Positions 13,548-28,179 of a DNA stretch of 64,000 bases are shown here, piece after piece. Each line of letters opens with the position of its first letter. The stretch's first letter is position 1. A program made the position numbers and the translations under genes. The stretch comes from Octopus vulgaris (taxonomy: Eukaryota). The stretch spans positions 72,726,001 to 72,790,000 of the forward strand of contig OX597818.1 of assembly GCA_951406725.2 (NCBI GenBank), in the 5' to 3' direction. Under the pieces are notes generated by a model. That model saw only the letters and a program-made list of their open reading frames with translations. It did no database searches and was not told the origin of the DNA.

Positions 13548-13639
13548 CATATACGAATATATATGACAAGAAAACAATGAATGAGATGTCGATATTGTGT
13601 AAAATAGAGGAATTTATATATAAATATAATATGCCACAA

Positions 13640-14885
13640 TTAATTGGTTGTCATAATAAAACTCAGAGTTTCAGATGCCGGGTTTGAAGTCTGCTCCGGG
13701 ATTTCATCTGTTATTAAGACAAACACTATGAAAAAAACCGTTGAGCAAAGGGAAATTACTCCAATAGGCGTGGGGAAATTAATAATTCGTTCATAGAATC
13801 CGCATATGCACACATACGCACACACATACACGTATGCACACACGCACGCACACACACACACATGTTTATATATCTATATACATACTCACACACATGTGTA
13901 CATATACATGCAAACATACATATATACATATATATGGCTACACATACACGCACATACAAACTCATATATTCCCATGCACGCATCACTACGCTCATATTCA
14001 CATCTCTACACGCACTCACACATGCATACGCGGATATACAAAGCGTAGTTTATACGCACATGTATATATACATGTGTACGAATGATTGTATATATACGAG
14101 TGCAAGACTATACTTGTTATACTTGTCTCCATCCTTCATACATATATATGTATGTACGCTTATATATCTGTAGGTGTAGATGTGTTTGACAGACAGGAGG
14201 GTGTATTTGTGTACATACATATATAACTCATTTGTATATTCAAGTTTTGCGGAGATGTGAGTGTTTTACGTTTTATGTTAGTTGCGTATGATTTTTTATT
14301 TGTATATACGTCTATCCGCGTATGTATCCGCATGTGCATAACGAGTACGTTTTGTATATCCGCCTATGTATGTGTATGTACGTATAGAGATGTGTATATG
14401 GACATAGAGATGCGTGCGTTTTTGCGCATGTGTTTTATTTATATATACGTCTTTCCGCGTATGTATATGTATGTGCGTATAAACTAGGTTTTGTATATCC
14501 GTGAGTGTATGTGTGTCTGCGTGTAGAGTTGTGTATATGAGAGTAGTGATACGTGCATGGGTATATATGCGTGTATGTGTAGACATATATATGTATGTAT
14601 GCATGTGTTTGTATGTATATGTACACGCGTGTGTGAGCATGTACTTAGATATATATACATATGTGTGTGTGGGTGTGCATACGTGTTTGTGTGTGTGTAT
14701 ATGTGTGCATATGAGGATTCTATAAATGAACTATTATTTGTGCCATGCCTATTGGCGTAATTTCCCTTTAATACACGGTTTTTCTCCTAGCGTTTGTCTT
14801 AATAACTTATGAGATGCTGGAGCAGGCTTCAACCCCGTCATCCGAAATTCAGAGTTTTAATATGACAACAAACAAATTGTCTCAT
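13640..14885. mobile_element. Old inverted-repeat element (~430-bp diverged arms), each arm with a decayed hammerhead
   Basis: ~13640-14070 is the diverged reverse complement of ~14470-14885. HHR relics at 13654-13716 (-) and 14800-14862 (+). Confidence 0.65.
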
Positions 14886-15079
<194 letters not shown>

Positions 15080-15761
15080 TGAGTGTGTGTATGTGTGTGC
15101 GTGTGTGCGTGCGTGCGTGTGTGCGTGCGTGCGTGTGTATATACTCATATATGTATATAAATATATTTATACATACACATATATACGGTTGTTAATGCGT
15201 TTACGTCCCTGAAATATACCGGTTCAGCAAAAGATACCAATAAAACGTACCGGACTTAAAATATAGGTTCTGCTGTTGATTTGTTTGACAAAAATTCTTC
15301 AGGGTGTTGCCCGAACATGGTCGGAGTCTAATGACTGAAACAAATAAAATATAAGGTACACACGCGCGCGCGCGCACACACACACACACACTACATATAC
15401 TATTTGACTATCACGGACTTTCAAGCAACTTATAAAATGTAGCAAAGACTTCAGAGATGTTTCAAGTTACATTCTTGATTAATACATTTATGAATATGGA
15501 CACATATGAGTAATGATGCTTGTATTTTAAACGTTGAATTCGCTGCACAATATAAAACGTTTGTGTTGGCTTTACTTCGTTATTCTAGGTAAATTCACAC
15601 ACATACACACACACGAACATACACACACACACAAACTCAAACACAATCATATAGATATGTATATATATATATCTATATATATATATATAGTATTAGTAGA
15701 CACAGGCAAATATATATGTATACACACGAACACACGTATATATAAGTATATACGTATACAT

Positions 15762-15806
<45 letters not shown>

Positions 15807-15832
15807 CATATACGTATACATATATGTACATA

Positions 15833-15907
<75 letters not shown>

Positions 15908-17489
15908 ATATTTCGGAATGGTCATTTTGCCAGTTTAGCCAATAAAAACACACGCACTATATATTTGGTGTTATTTTGCTTCAGTGTTATTTATTTTTTA
16001 CATTAATCTTAATCTTATTTCGGCCAGTTTTCTTTCGTCGCACTCCTGTGACCGCATCATCGCTATGTTGATGATAACAACACAGTGGTAAAGGCACCCC
16101 ACAAGAGAGTAATGTTGATATAGTAATAGAAACTAATACTATGGAGAGCATCCAGCAAATAGCTAACTCCATCCACCAGAGTATTAAGGTCACAATAGAC
16201 TATCCCACTAAATACCCCAACCATAGACTACCAGTACTAGACACTGAACTCTGGCTAGAAATTGTGAATAATAAAACCCAAATCCTTCATTCATACTATG
16301 CCAAACCTATGGCCTCAAAATACTTGATCCACCGGAACTCAGCCATTGCGGACTATGCCAAATTCAATATTTTGATGGCAGACCTCGTCAGAATAATGAG
16401 AAATGTGTCGCGCATGTGCGATCCCACAGAGTTAAAGAGACACATACAATATTTCATTCACCGCATGCAGCTCTCAGGTTACAGCCATAAAGAAAGGATC
16501 AGAGTATACACAGGAGCCATGAAGAACTTTGATAATATATTATGTAATGATAGGAATGGGCTTTGCCCACTCTATAGGAACAAGTCATGGAACACTATAG
16601 AAAGGACAAAAAAGAAAATAGGGAAGGCCAACTCTTGGTATGATAGCCATAAATACCAGTGTCATGTTCGTTGACACCACCCCTGGAGGTGAACTGGCGT
16701 ACCGCTTTAGAAGGACCCTAGACAAACTTAAGCTAATAATTAAGGTTGTTGAAAAGCCAGGCAACCCTATCACATCTATAATTGGTAGAACCTATCCTTT
16801 TAGTAGAACCCCCTGTACGGATATGTACTGTACTGTATGTAGATTTAGCCCACAAACAAACTGTAAAGCCAGAAATGTAGTCTATAGTAAAAGATGTATA
16901 GAGTGACGATGCAGTAACAAGACAACGACATACGTAGGGGAAACGGCAAGAAGCATAGGAGAGCGGGTAAATGTACATTGGAGATAACTCAAGGAAGGTA
17001 AAAGCTCATCGATTCTGTACCAACAGGCCGAACAGGAACACGGGGGATCAATCAACAATATAGAAATTAAAATAATGTCCACACATAGAAAAGATGCAAC
17101 AATCAGACAAATTACAGAAGCTACACATATAATAGAAAATAAACCTAGCCTGAATAGAAAACTACAATGGAGCACTAGCACACACCACAACATATAACGA
17201 TAGAGGATCCCGAAAACATAATAAATACACAGATAAATAAACAAATAGAAATAAATAACTATATATATATTTTTTTTTCGATTCGATTTGTTATTATTAT
17301 TACTAGTATTAAGATTAAGATTAATGTAAAAATAAATAACACTGAAGCAAAATAACACCAAATATATAGTGCGTGTGTTTTTATTGGCTAAATTGGCAAA
17401 ATGACCATTCCGAAATATAACAATATCTGTTTCAACACACGACTTCACGTAAAAAAAATCTTGCACAATAAATATTTAAACGTACTAAC

Positions 17490-20400
17490 GTGACCCATAG
17501 CCAGGCTTCCAAGAAGCTGAAGAACACTATATTATGTTGCCTAAAGAAAACTGTGACAACGCAACAGCTTCATTTTATAAAACAATGTGTCTCGTCAAGA
17601 ATATGTATCAACAAGGTCACAGTCAACGTTAAACGGCTTGACCTCACTAACGGACAGGCTGAAAGGCTGAAAAGGACGCTAATGGTAAATATTAGAAATA
17701 AAATATACAGAGAGCTGAGCGAACAAGAGAAGCGTAAACGTATATTTTTAAAAGAAATTAAAAACATCACCACACAAAAGGAGAAAACCTTACTAATGGA
17801 TATAATATATGAAGAAAACAGGTACGTAATACACCAATGCAATATCCATTTTAAGAGGAAGTTATCGTAGTTAAAACAGAAACAACAATATGAGCTCGCA
17901 AAGGAAGAAAAGCAGAAGTATCCAGATACAATAAATGGAATTATTATGGAAGATGTGCTACTACCAGAAGAGTTCAATAAAGACAATGAAGCGAACATCT
18001 ATGGGGGAGTAACAACGGACTCAGACGAAATATCGATACTTCAACTACCACCAAAGTATGCAGTGTATAGTATGGTGAATACCATCAAATGCCTGTACGA
18101 GATTGAAAAGTCGTTCACAGAAATACGTTGCAATTTAAATAGATACAATGACAACAACACTTGCGACAACAGCAACAACGCGAAAAACACTAACCGCAGC
18201 AGAAACAACAAAAATAATAATGACCGCAGCAATAACAACCGTAGCAACAAAAGCAACACGAACCCTAACAGCGGCAACAACAACAACAATAGAAAAAATG
18301 AATGCATAGACACAAACAATAGATACAAATACAAAAACATAAACAGAGAGAAAAAAATCGTATACAACAGCAACAACAACAACAATTTATAGGGAGAACC
18401 GACACACAAACACACACACAGATAACCATAGTCACAGAGACACGAATAAAAGTTGTGTCATGGGGGTCACAATGGAAAATAAAGTTGAATGCAACAGAAT
18501 CCTTGGACAGGGAGTCAGTTGACTTGAAATAGATAACAATACTCGTAGGAACAAAAATAACAACCTCAACAGAGGGAATGACAGGGACCAACAGACAGAC
18601 ATAAAACCCAACACTAATATGAACAACACATACACCAGAAACAGGAACAACGAAAATATCACTAGCGATAATCAGAATGATAGCAATAATGGCAATGGTA
18701 GGAATAACGGTAATAACAATAATAGTGGTAGTAGTAGTGGTGGTGGTAACAGTAGAAGTAGTAATGATGGTAGTAGTGATAGTTGTGGTGGTAATAGTAA
18801 TAATAGTAGTAGTGGTAATGGTGGTAATAATAATAGGGAGTCTGATGATGGAAACAGTAACGATAATGAAGATAACCCTAGAAAGACCATTGACATGTAT
18901 ACCCAGCCTTTGACACTCAATTCTTCAACGTATGTGACAAATCTTACTGCATGAGCCGGATTTATCCAACAACATTACCCTTCAACAAAAGAGTCTACAT
19001 CCCAAGACATACTAATGACCATATGGAAGCACAGTTCACTATAGCTAGGACCAAACTTAGACAGATTTTAGGATTATACACTAAGAGACAGAGACAGAAT
19101 AAGACAGAGGCCCAACAACTCGGGATTAAACCTGCATGTGGCCTACATAAGCTCATTCAGCGCACGTGGAACGGAGAGGTGGTATGCTTTCCCACAGATA
19201 AGTCCGGCAGGATGTCAATAGACAGCTTACCGAACTACATCCAGGCAATGCAACCTCATATCGCCAATACAAAAATAACAACTTTACAGGCGCATGGTGA
19301 TGTGGACAATTGTTCTGGGACCCCAGAAACGTACAGCAAATAATTTCCAAGCCTGGATCAATGATATTCCGGCACTGTATGGACTTCGCAAGGACCATAA
19401 AGTTACCACTGACCCTATAGCAGGACCACCAACAAGACCAGTCTGTGGAGCGAATATCGCTAGCAATTACAGAATCTCCTACTTCCTCTCAATGATCATA
19501 CGCCCTATAATCCGGATGTCACCAGATGTTTGTGACAGCACAGAAGATCTCGGCTGGATCAATGACTGTAACAACACTTGTGACCTGACAGGATGTATGG
19601 TGGGTAGCATGGATGTGGTATCCCTATACCCATCGATCGACGTAGATTTTGCGGTGGAGAAGTTCGTGGAGATGATCAACGAGAGCCAAGTGGAGTTCCG
19701 TAATGTCAACACAGAGGAACTGGGCCTCCTACTTAGACTGACATGTAATAATGAATTCTTAGATAAACATAATCTTAGTAGTTTCTGCCCCAGTAGATGT
19801 TTAAGAGGTAGACCGCCCACAATTATATCTATGGCCAGGAAGACACATATAGAAAGATGGCTCGGATAGACCAGAGACATACGGAGCCCCACTAATGTCC
19901 ATCAGATAAAGAAAATGATCGCACATGCTCTAGGAGCTAGTATAAGAGTTACCCTAAAAGGCCACACGTTTAAGTTTAATAATAATATATATGCCCTGGA
20001 CGAGGGGGCAGCCATCGGCGTTAGTATCGCTGGTGGTGTGGCCAACCTTTTCATGGCATGGTGGGACAGAAGGCTTAAAGAACGCCTAACACAGAACTCC
20101 ATACTCGTAAACTTGTACTCCCACTATGTTGATGATATCAACATAGTAGTAAAGGCACCCCCACAAGAGAGTAATATTGATATAGTAATAGAAACTAATA
20201 CTATGGAGAGCATCCAGCAAATAGCTAACTCCATCCACCAGAGTATTATGGTCACAATAGACAACCCCACTAAACACCCCAACCATAGACTACCAGTACT
20301 AGACACTGAACTCTGGCTAGAAATTGTGAATAATAAAACCCAAATCCTTCATTCATACTATGTCAAACCTATGGCCTCAAAATACTTGATCCACCGGAAC

Positions 20401-21260
20401 TCAACCATCGCGGACTATGCCAAATTCAATATTTTGATGGCAGACCTCATCAGAATAATGAGAAATGTGTCACGCATGTGCGATCCCACAGAGTTAAAGA
20501 GACACACAAAATATTTCATTCACCGCATGCAGTTCTCAGGTTACAGCCATAAAGAAAGGATCATAGTATACACAGGAGCCATGAAGAACTTTGATAATAT
20601 ATTATGTAATGATAGGAATGGGATTTGCCCACTCTATAGGAACAAGTCATGGAACACTATAGAAAGGACAAAAAAGAAAATAGGGAAGGCCAACTTTTGG
20701 TATGATAGCCATAAATACCAGTGTCATGTTCGTTGACACCACCCCTGGAGGTGAACTGGCGTACCGCTTTAGAAGGACCCTAGACAAACTTAAGCTAATA
20801 ATTACGGTTGTTGAAAAGCCAGGCAACCCTATCAAATCTATAATTGGTAGAACCTATCCTTTTAGTAGAACCCCCTGTACGGATAAGTACTGTACTGTAT
20901 GTAGATTTAGCCCACAAACAAACTGTAAAGCCAGAAATGTAGTCTATAGTAAAAGATGTATAGAGTGACGATGCAGTAACAAGACAACGACATACGTAGG
21001 GGAAACGGCAAGAAGCATAGGAGAGCGGGTAAATGTACATTGGAGATAACTCAAGGAAGGTAAAAGCTCATCGATTCTGTACCAACAGGCCGAACAGGAA
21101 CACGGGGGATCAATCAACAATATAGAAATTAAAATAATGTCCACACATAGAAAAGATGCAACAATCAGACAAATTACAGAAGCTACACACATAATAGAAA
21201 ATAAACCTAGCCTGAATAGAAAACTACAATGGAGCACTAGCACACACCACAACATATGAC
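17490..21260 (+). pseudogene. PLE ORF: N-terminal domain with Asn-rich insert, RT, Cys linker, C-terminal GIY-YIG endonuclease (disrupted)
   Basis: TDKSG, LYGLRKDHK, PTRPV, SMDVVSLYPSID, GAAIG, YVDD, LPVLD; linker PCTDKYCTVC; NVVY..C..YVGETARS..ER..H..RQITEA..I..NKPSLN. Multiple stops and frameshifts. Confidence 0.88.
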
Positions 21261-21690
21261 GATAGAGGATCCCGAAAACATAACAAATACACAGATAAAT
21301 AAACAAATAGAAATAAATAACTATATATATATATTTTTTTTCGATTCGATTTATTATTATTATTACTAGTATTGTTGTTTATACATACATACATACATAC
21401 ATACATACATACATACATACATACAAGCATATGTAATGATAATAATAAATGGATGTAAACACATGAACAAAATAAGAATAAACAAAAACAACAAAAGCAA
21501 AAAACAAATTACATGAACATATATAAACAGAAGATACAAATATTACAGGCATCCCCCCACATACACACACTAAATAATCATAGACGCACATAGAGATATA
21601 AGCATGCGCAAATGAAGACATACAGTAGAAATACAAAATGGCTGACGGTTAGTAAGGAGAGACACAAATAAGAAAGAAGAAAACAAAGGA

Positions 21691-21730
21691 CCACTGATGC
21701 GGTCACAGGAGTGTGACGAAAGAACTCTGG
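21691..21730 (+). ncRNA. Hammerhead-like motif in the PLE pseudo-LTR (non-canonical core)
   Basis: CCA-CTGATGC-g-GTCAC aggagt GTGAC-GAAA-GAAC-TC-TGG; A9 is replaced by C. Inverted partial copy at ~16023-16060. Confidence 0.45.
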
Positions 21731-21910
21731 CCGAAATAAGATTAAGATTAATGTAAAAAATAAATAACACTGAAGCAAAATAACACCAAATATATAGTGC
21801 GTGTGTTTTTATTGGCTAAAGTGGCAAAATGACCATTCTGAAATATAATATTATCTGTTTCAACACACGACTTCACATAAAAAAAAATCTTGCACAACAA
21901 ATATTTAAAC

Positions 21911-21975
<65 letters not shown>

Positions 21976-22513
21976 CCAAAAATGACATGAAGAAAAACGA
22001 CTTGTCATTCGGAGCTGTCAATCTTCAGTCGAGTACTAGATCCTCTTAGCAGTTTCGGCCGGTTACTTTCGAGACAGATCTAATCTGGCCGGCTCCAAAA
22101 ATATCTAAGCTAAGAAAATATAAGAAAATGGAAGAAAGTAAGCGAATTTATCCGAAAGAAGGACGAAGAAAATAAACCGAGAAATGGTACACAATTTCAA
22201 ATAAAAAAAAGTCCATACATTCTCAGTATATCACTTATAAAACTTTCCTTCTTCCCCTCTAATTTTTCTTTGTCGTTTGTATTCTGTGTCAGTTTTATCT
22301 ATTAATATACTATCGATATGTTCATACCAAGATATTCATCATTTGAAATTCCCCAGTTTTTGCATTCTCTCGTTTTGCAACTACACAAATATGCATATTT
22401 CGTATTTCATATCCAAACTCTTATATTTAATACATCTAATTTGTTTAGTCTCTTTATATACCCCTCTCTTATACCCTCTCTCTTTATATATATACATATA
22501 GATAGATTCAGAT

Positions 22514-22627
<114 letters not shown>

Positions 22628-23204
22628 CGTGCACGTATGTGTACGCATAGAGTTATATCTAGATATTTACATACATGTATCTTCAAATCTTAATATAGCA
22701 TCATCTCATAAATTATTACATTGAAAAGTAATTCATCATTAATTATGCCTTCTACACTACGTACGCAAGTGTAAGCATGATATTTGTTTGATTAACAGGG
22801 AAACAACTATATAAATTAGAATGAAATTATGAAATCTTTCTGAAATCTTTGATTGCATAAACACACAGGCACACATGCACGCACATACATACACTTATAC
22901 ACACAAGTAAAAAACTTATGAGTGTATGTTTATGTGCATGTTTGTACATATACTTTCTCATCATTTGAATTTTAAACATAGAAGGTTAATGAACATATTT
23001 ACTACTCCAAATTATACAGACTTCATTATTTTCTCTTTTAATGTCTTTACATATACACTTGTTGATTGATACGATTCGTCCATACCTTTAAAATATATTC
23101 AAGCGTTAACAAGAACAACAGCAACAACATAAATAACAGCGATTACACTCGTATAATTAAAACAAGAAAGAAATAATAAATTTTCAGTCTTGGAATAATA
23201 ATAT

Positions 23205-23353
<149 letters not shown>

Positions 23354-23484
23354 GTGACAAATATTCCGATGCGAAAGGTGCGATATAATTCATCTATCGA
23401 AACAAATTTCACATCACAAATAGAGCCCATGTCTTGAAATTAAGTCGTTAAAATGTTTTAACTGTATACATACACGTATGTATG

Positions 23485-23518
<34 letters not shown>

Positions 23519-23969
23519 TATATATACATATCTATATATCTATATACATACATATAGATATGTACATATTTATATGCATATATATATGTTATATTTATAT
23601 ACGGCTATATATATATATATATATACGTCCATATATATATATATGTGTGTATATACATATATATTTATACATATATATGTGAATATATATACATATATAT
23701 ATATATATATACGCATATATATATATGCATATACATACGCATATATGTGTATATCTGTAAGCATATATATAGCTCAGATTTCCCTTTGAACATGTAATTT
23801 TTTTTCCGTTCGCTAGACGATACAACGTAGCGAAATGTTTCTGGGAAATTTTGGATTCCGCTTTCATTCAAAGAAATAACAAATATAACACAACAGTCTC
23901 AAATGCGTCAATTAATTGAAACGGTTTCTAATGGGCCATGAGGTTCCAGGCCACATGTCCTTTAGCACA

Positions 23970-24050
<81 letters not shown>

Positions 24051-25020
24051 GTATATATATATATATATATATATACTTATATATGTATGTATATAAATAT
24101 ATGTATATATATGTACATATATATATAGATATAAACATGAATATATATATATATATATATTAAGTAAACGAAAAATGAATAAACAAACGAACAAATAAGA
24201 AAATAATAATAATAGTAATAAAAATAAATGAGCAATAATATAGAAATATATTGGCAACGGGAATTGATTATCAAATGAGGACATCGTTGGATTTAGTGAT
24301 AGCATTGACTTCCACCCTGATACTTTATTTTTCTTCATAATGTTCCCATTGTAGTTTGGACATATGCCATTGAGGCAACACTTCATATTCCTTACACAGT
24401 TCTGAGAAGTTACGAAGCCAATTTATTGAAATATAGCACTAAATATTCCCTCAAAGTTGTCGTTTCCAACTTTAGTGTGGATGTAGATGTTCTGCTAACA
24501 TAATTTTTTTGTTTCTCAGTCTCAAACATCGTAATCGGTACGTTTCTTGAAATACTGTATTATTCATTGCGGGTTTTTTTTGTTTGTTTTATTAGCAATA
24601 CTAAATCTAACACTACTAATAATGATCTATTATTATTATCATTATTATTGGTATTATTATTATTGGTATTACTAATGCAATATTTTAAAGATAATATTTT
24701 TATAATAATTATGATTATCATTATGATTGTATTTTGGGAAACCATAATGATGAATATGTGAAAATACTTGCTTTCTTCATATCTTTCAAAAGGACATTCA
24801 AAAATTGTTCCTTAAAAAAATCCATTTCATCACTTTCGTATTAAAATTGGTTTCTTTCCTTAAATAAGACTTTTTAAAGTTCACTTTTTTCTCGATTTGT
24901 CATTATTTCACCATTTAAGTAATGCAATTTAGTGGAGGTGAAATTGTCTTTTCACAACTATATTTCTAACTTGTTTGAATTATAACCATTATCATTACTA
25001 TTGTTGTTGTTGCTGTTACA

Positions 25021-25095
<75 letters not shown>

Positions 25096-25154
25096 GTATT
25101 GTGGCATTAATAAGTATTTTGTATTTATATAGTTTTGAAATTGTTCGCTCTTCT

Positions 25155-25387
25155 TTAAGCATGACAGGGTTCTGTTAAAATCTTACGAAATGATTTCCTG
25201 AAATCCGGATTAAATATTGTATAAATAACTGGATTAATGAAGCTGTTGATATAGCCGAGCCAAGTGAAAACTCCAAATAATATAGGATCCAGTGTACAAG
25301 CCGCCACATGTTTCAGATCGTTTCGTAGACATATAGCATTGATGATATTAATTGTGAAGAACGGCCACCAGCAAAACAGGAACACAC
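25155..25387 (-). CDS. Last coding exon (TM6-TM7, short C-tail) of a D2-like dopamine receptor (class A aminergic GPCR)
   Basis: Reads (G)VFLFCWWPFF...LGYINSFINPVIYTIFNPDFRKSFRKILTEPCHA*, with CWxP, NPxxY and a short Cys-containing tail. AG acceptor at 25389-25388 after a pyrimidine tract; phase 1 matches the upstream donor. Confidence 0.9.
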
Positions 25388-26381
25388 CTTTTCAGTAAAA
25401 AAGAAAACATAATTAGAGAGTTATAATAAAAAATTTATATTTTATTAAAACGGATTTGTTTCCGAGAAGGTTCAATAAAAAGCAATAATAATATTTCCTT
25501 AACTGAAACAACAATACAAATATATATTTAGTTCAGGCTGACCATCTCATGTATTTGACGATCGCTCGTAACTCGGGATTAGAATAGCAATTCTATTTAG
25601 GGGAAATGTTAAATTTGTCGCAGAAGAGTTTCTGAGGTGGCCTCCTTTGGCATTGCTGTGTCGATTCTTTGGATTTATAAAGGCGGTCACATGGTTTCCA
25701 TGGCGTATAACTGACCGAGATGACAACATATCTCCTGAATTGTACGCTAGTCCATAGCAGAGCTACACATTTAAAGCCGAATTGATTGGAACAACAAGAT
25801 CAAATGAGGTATCTCGCTCAAGAACAGAAGACACTGCTCGGTCCGGAAGTCGAAACCAATACCTTGTTATCGTGAGTGCAACACCTTAACGACGAGACCA
25901 TGTGCAAGAATGTGTGTCTAATTAACTCTCATATCACATGCTGTAGTTCTAAAAAAACTCATTAGAGATTGTAGATCTAAGTCTGTTGCATGTCTTTAAT
26001 ATAGAGTTGTCATGGCTCTAACGTCTTCGATCATAAATATCAATTAAATATAATCTGGAAGTATACAGACAAAAGCAATCTGCGTAAGCAACAGAATTAG
26101 TTTTGATTTCCATCAAATTAAAAATTCTCTTATGAACCTTTCTCTACATTTTCTACATTCCTTCTTCAATACTATGTCTTGGTTTCCTGTAATCAGAGTG
26201 GACATTCAAATTTTATAAATATTTATAGTTCAGAAATTTTAAATTAACAACTTTGTATTAATAATTAATGAAGTTAGAATTGTTTTTAATTTTTTATAAA
26301 TACATGCAAAAAACATCTACATGCATGCATACATATATACATACATACATAGATACATACATAAATAAATACATACATACA

Positions 26382-26413
<32 letters not shown>

Positions 26414-28179
26414 CAACACATATATATACATAAACTTATAGGAAACTGAAATTGAAAATTCAGGCGTGCAATCTTGCGTTTCATCTTTCGTTGACTTGAC
26501 GCATGTATGGAAATATACAGCATTCCTACACAAGCACGAAAGAATGCTTAATCTAGAACATTCAGTTCAATTATATCCTGTATATTAATTTACCGAGACC
26601 TTTTTTGTAACAACTGTAGAAAACTTTACACGAACCTTTATCTTTACCTTGAAATAATGTCTTATAAAATCAGTAATATATATAGTTAAATTGTCACCCA
26701 TAAATGATAAAGAGGTTACTCGCCGAATCTACTTACGTTAACCTATGGTTCTCGCACACACACATATCTTCGATTGCAGTTATTATTTTATCAAATATAT
26801 GGTTTTGGAAACTAGACCTTAGAGAAACCCACTGTACGAAGGACCGCAACACCTCGGAGGTCATCATCCAGATGCCGAAAAATATGTCGGTGTATCTCAG
26901 ACAAATTGATACCTCTCAAATTTCAGACAATATTGTTGGTTTGTTTCCAGTCCGAGGGAATCTCCCTTCAATAACCAGGAGACACTGATGTCTCTGAAAA
27001 CATTTTTGTGGAGATATCTTTCATATTTCTCTGTCTTCGGATAAATTCATTTCGATTTATGACAATGGTTTCTCTTCGGTTGATACAGGCTGTTCTTAGT
27101 GCCCTCACCATCTCGCCACTAATTCGTTTCTCTTCTCTAGCCACAGGTACTTTTTTCCTCTCGCGCGACATCAAGTAGTTCCTTTCCCATGCACTCATTC
27201 CCTGGATCCCTATGTATCACGCATCTTACGTTTAACCATAAATTTCAAACTATTTAATTTTCTAAGGCTCTGCAATGAACAACTTCGTAGCACTTTCTTG
27301 TATACCATTCAGTGATTAAAAAGAAAAAGGGAAAGGAAAACGAAAATAAAAATAAGGAAAGTTCGATCTAAAATAGGAAATTTTGAACCTCATATGAATT
27401 AAATGTACATGCATACACATCTTCGCCGAAGAGAATTACAATTTACATCCCTATATCATCCTTAATCAACTATGCAGAGTGGGAGAATTATTTGAGGACA
27501 TATCTATTAATTTGATAAAACATCTTTTGGAATCCCTCTGCATTTAATGGAAGTGGGGAGGGGGAAAACAACTGGCAGGGTGCACATATATCATTGCTAG
27601 TTAATATATAGATATCCCTCAGCACGCTGGGCAAAGTGGGAATCCACCCGTCTTTCCGTTCTGAATTCAAATGCCACCGGGGTCGACTATGCCTTTCATC
27701 CTCTCGGAGTCGATAACTAGTTGAACACTAGAGTCGATGTAATCGTCTATCCACCTCACCGGATTTGGTGGGCTTGTGCCAAAATGTGAAACTAATATAT
27801 TGATATCCTGAAAGACAAATATGCATGAGCTGATTTCATTATCTTGACGTTCACAGTACTGCAAGAAATTTTATCTCAAGCTCAACGTCTTCAAACATAT
27901 CATTTGTATAAAACAAAAGAATCAATGAGTTCAGTGGCACTTTGTTTTGATGTAACCAGGTGAACATGTGTCTAATATTTGATTTAAACTGTCTTAAAAA
28001 TACGTGATTCAGTGAGCTTTATTTGTTGCAAGACATACACATAAAGAAATACATAAATTTACTGTTGCGTGCGAACAAGAGAAAGAAAATATATTAAGAG
28101 CATAAACAGAAAATGGAAGGAAAAAAAACAGAAATTTTTACTTCAATGAAAGACGTGGCCTATTTTGGTCTCTACTTAC

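Larger units (their letters stand above)
15901..21912 (+). mobile_element. Penelope-like retroelement in partial-tandem arrangement with 5' inversion, inserted in (TA)n
   Basis: Inverted pLTR piece at 15901-16060. Truncated copy ~16085-17484 duplicates ~20145-21912. Full copy starts at ~17490. (TA)n on both sides. Confidence 0.9.

Noticed and set aside
21980-22115. Possible minus-strand hammerhead (CTGAAGA; GGCCGAAAC)
   Set aside because: The core and GAAA elements are not in a compatible order with paired stems; possibly a decayed pLTR.
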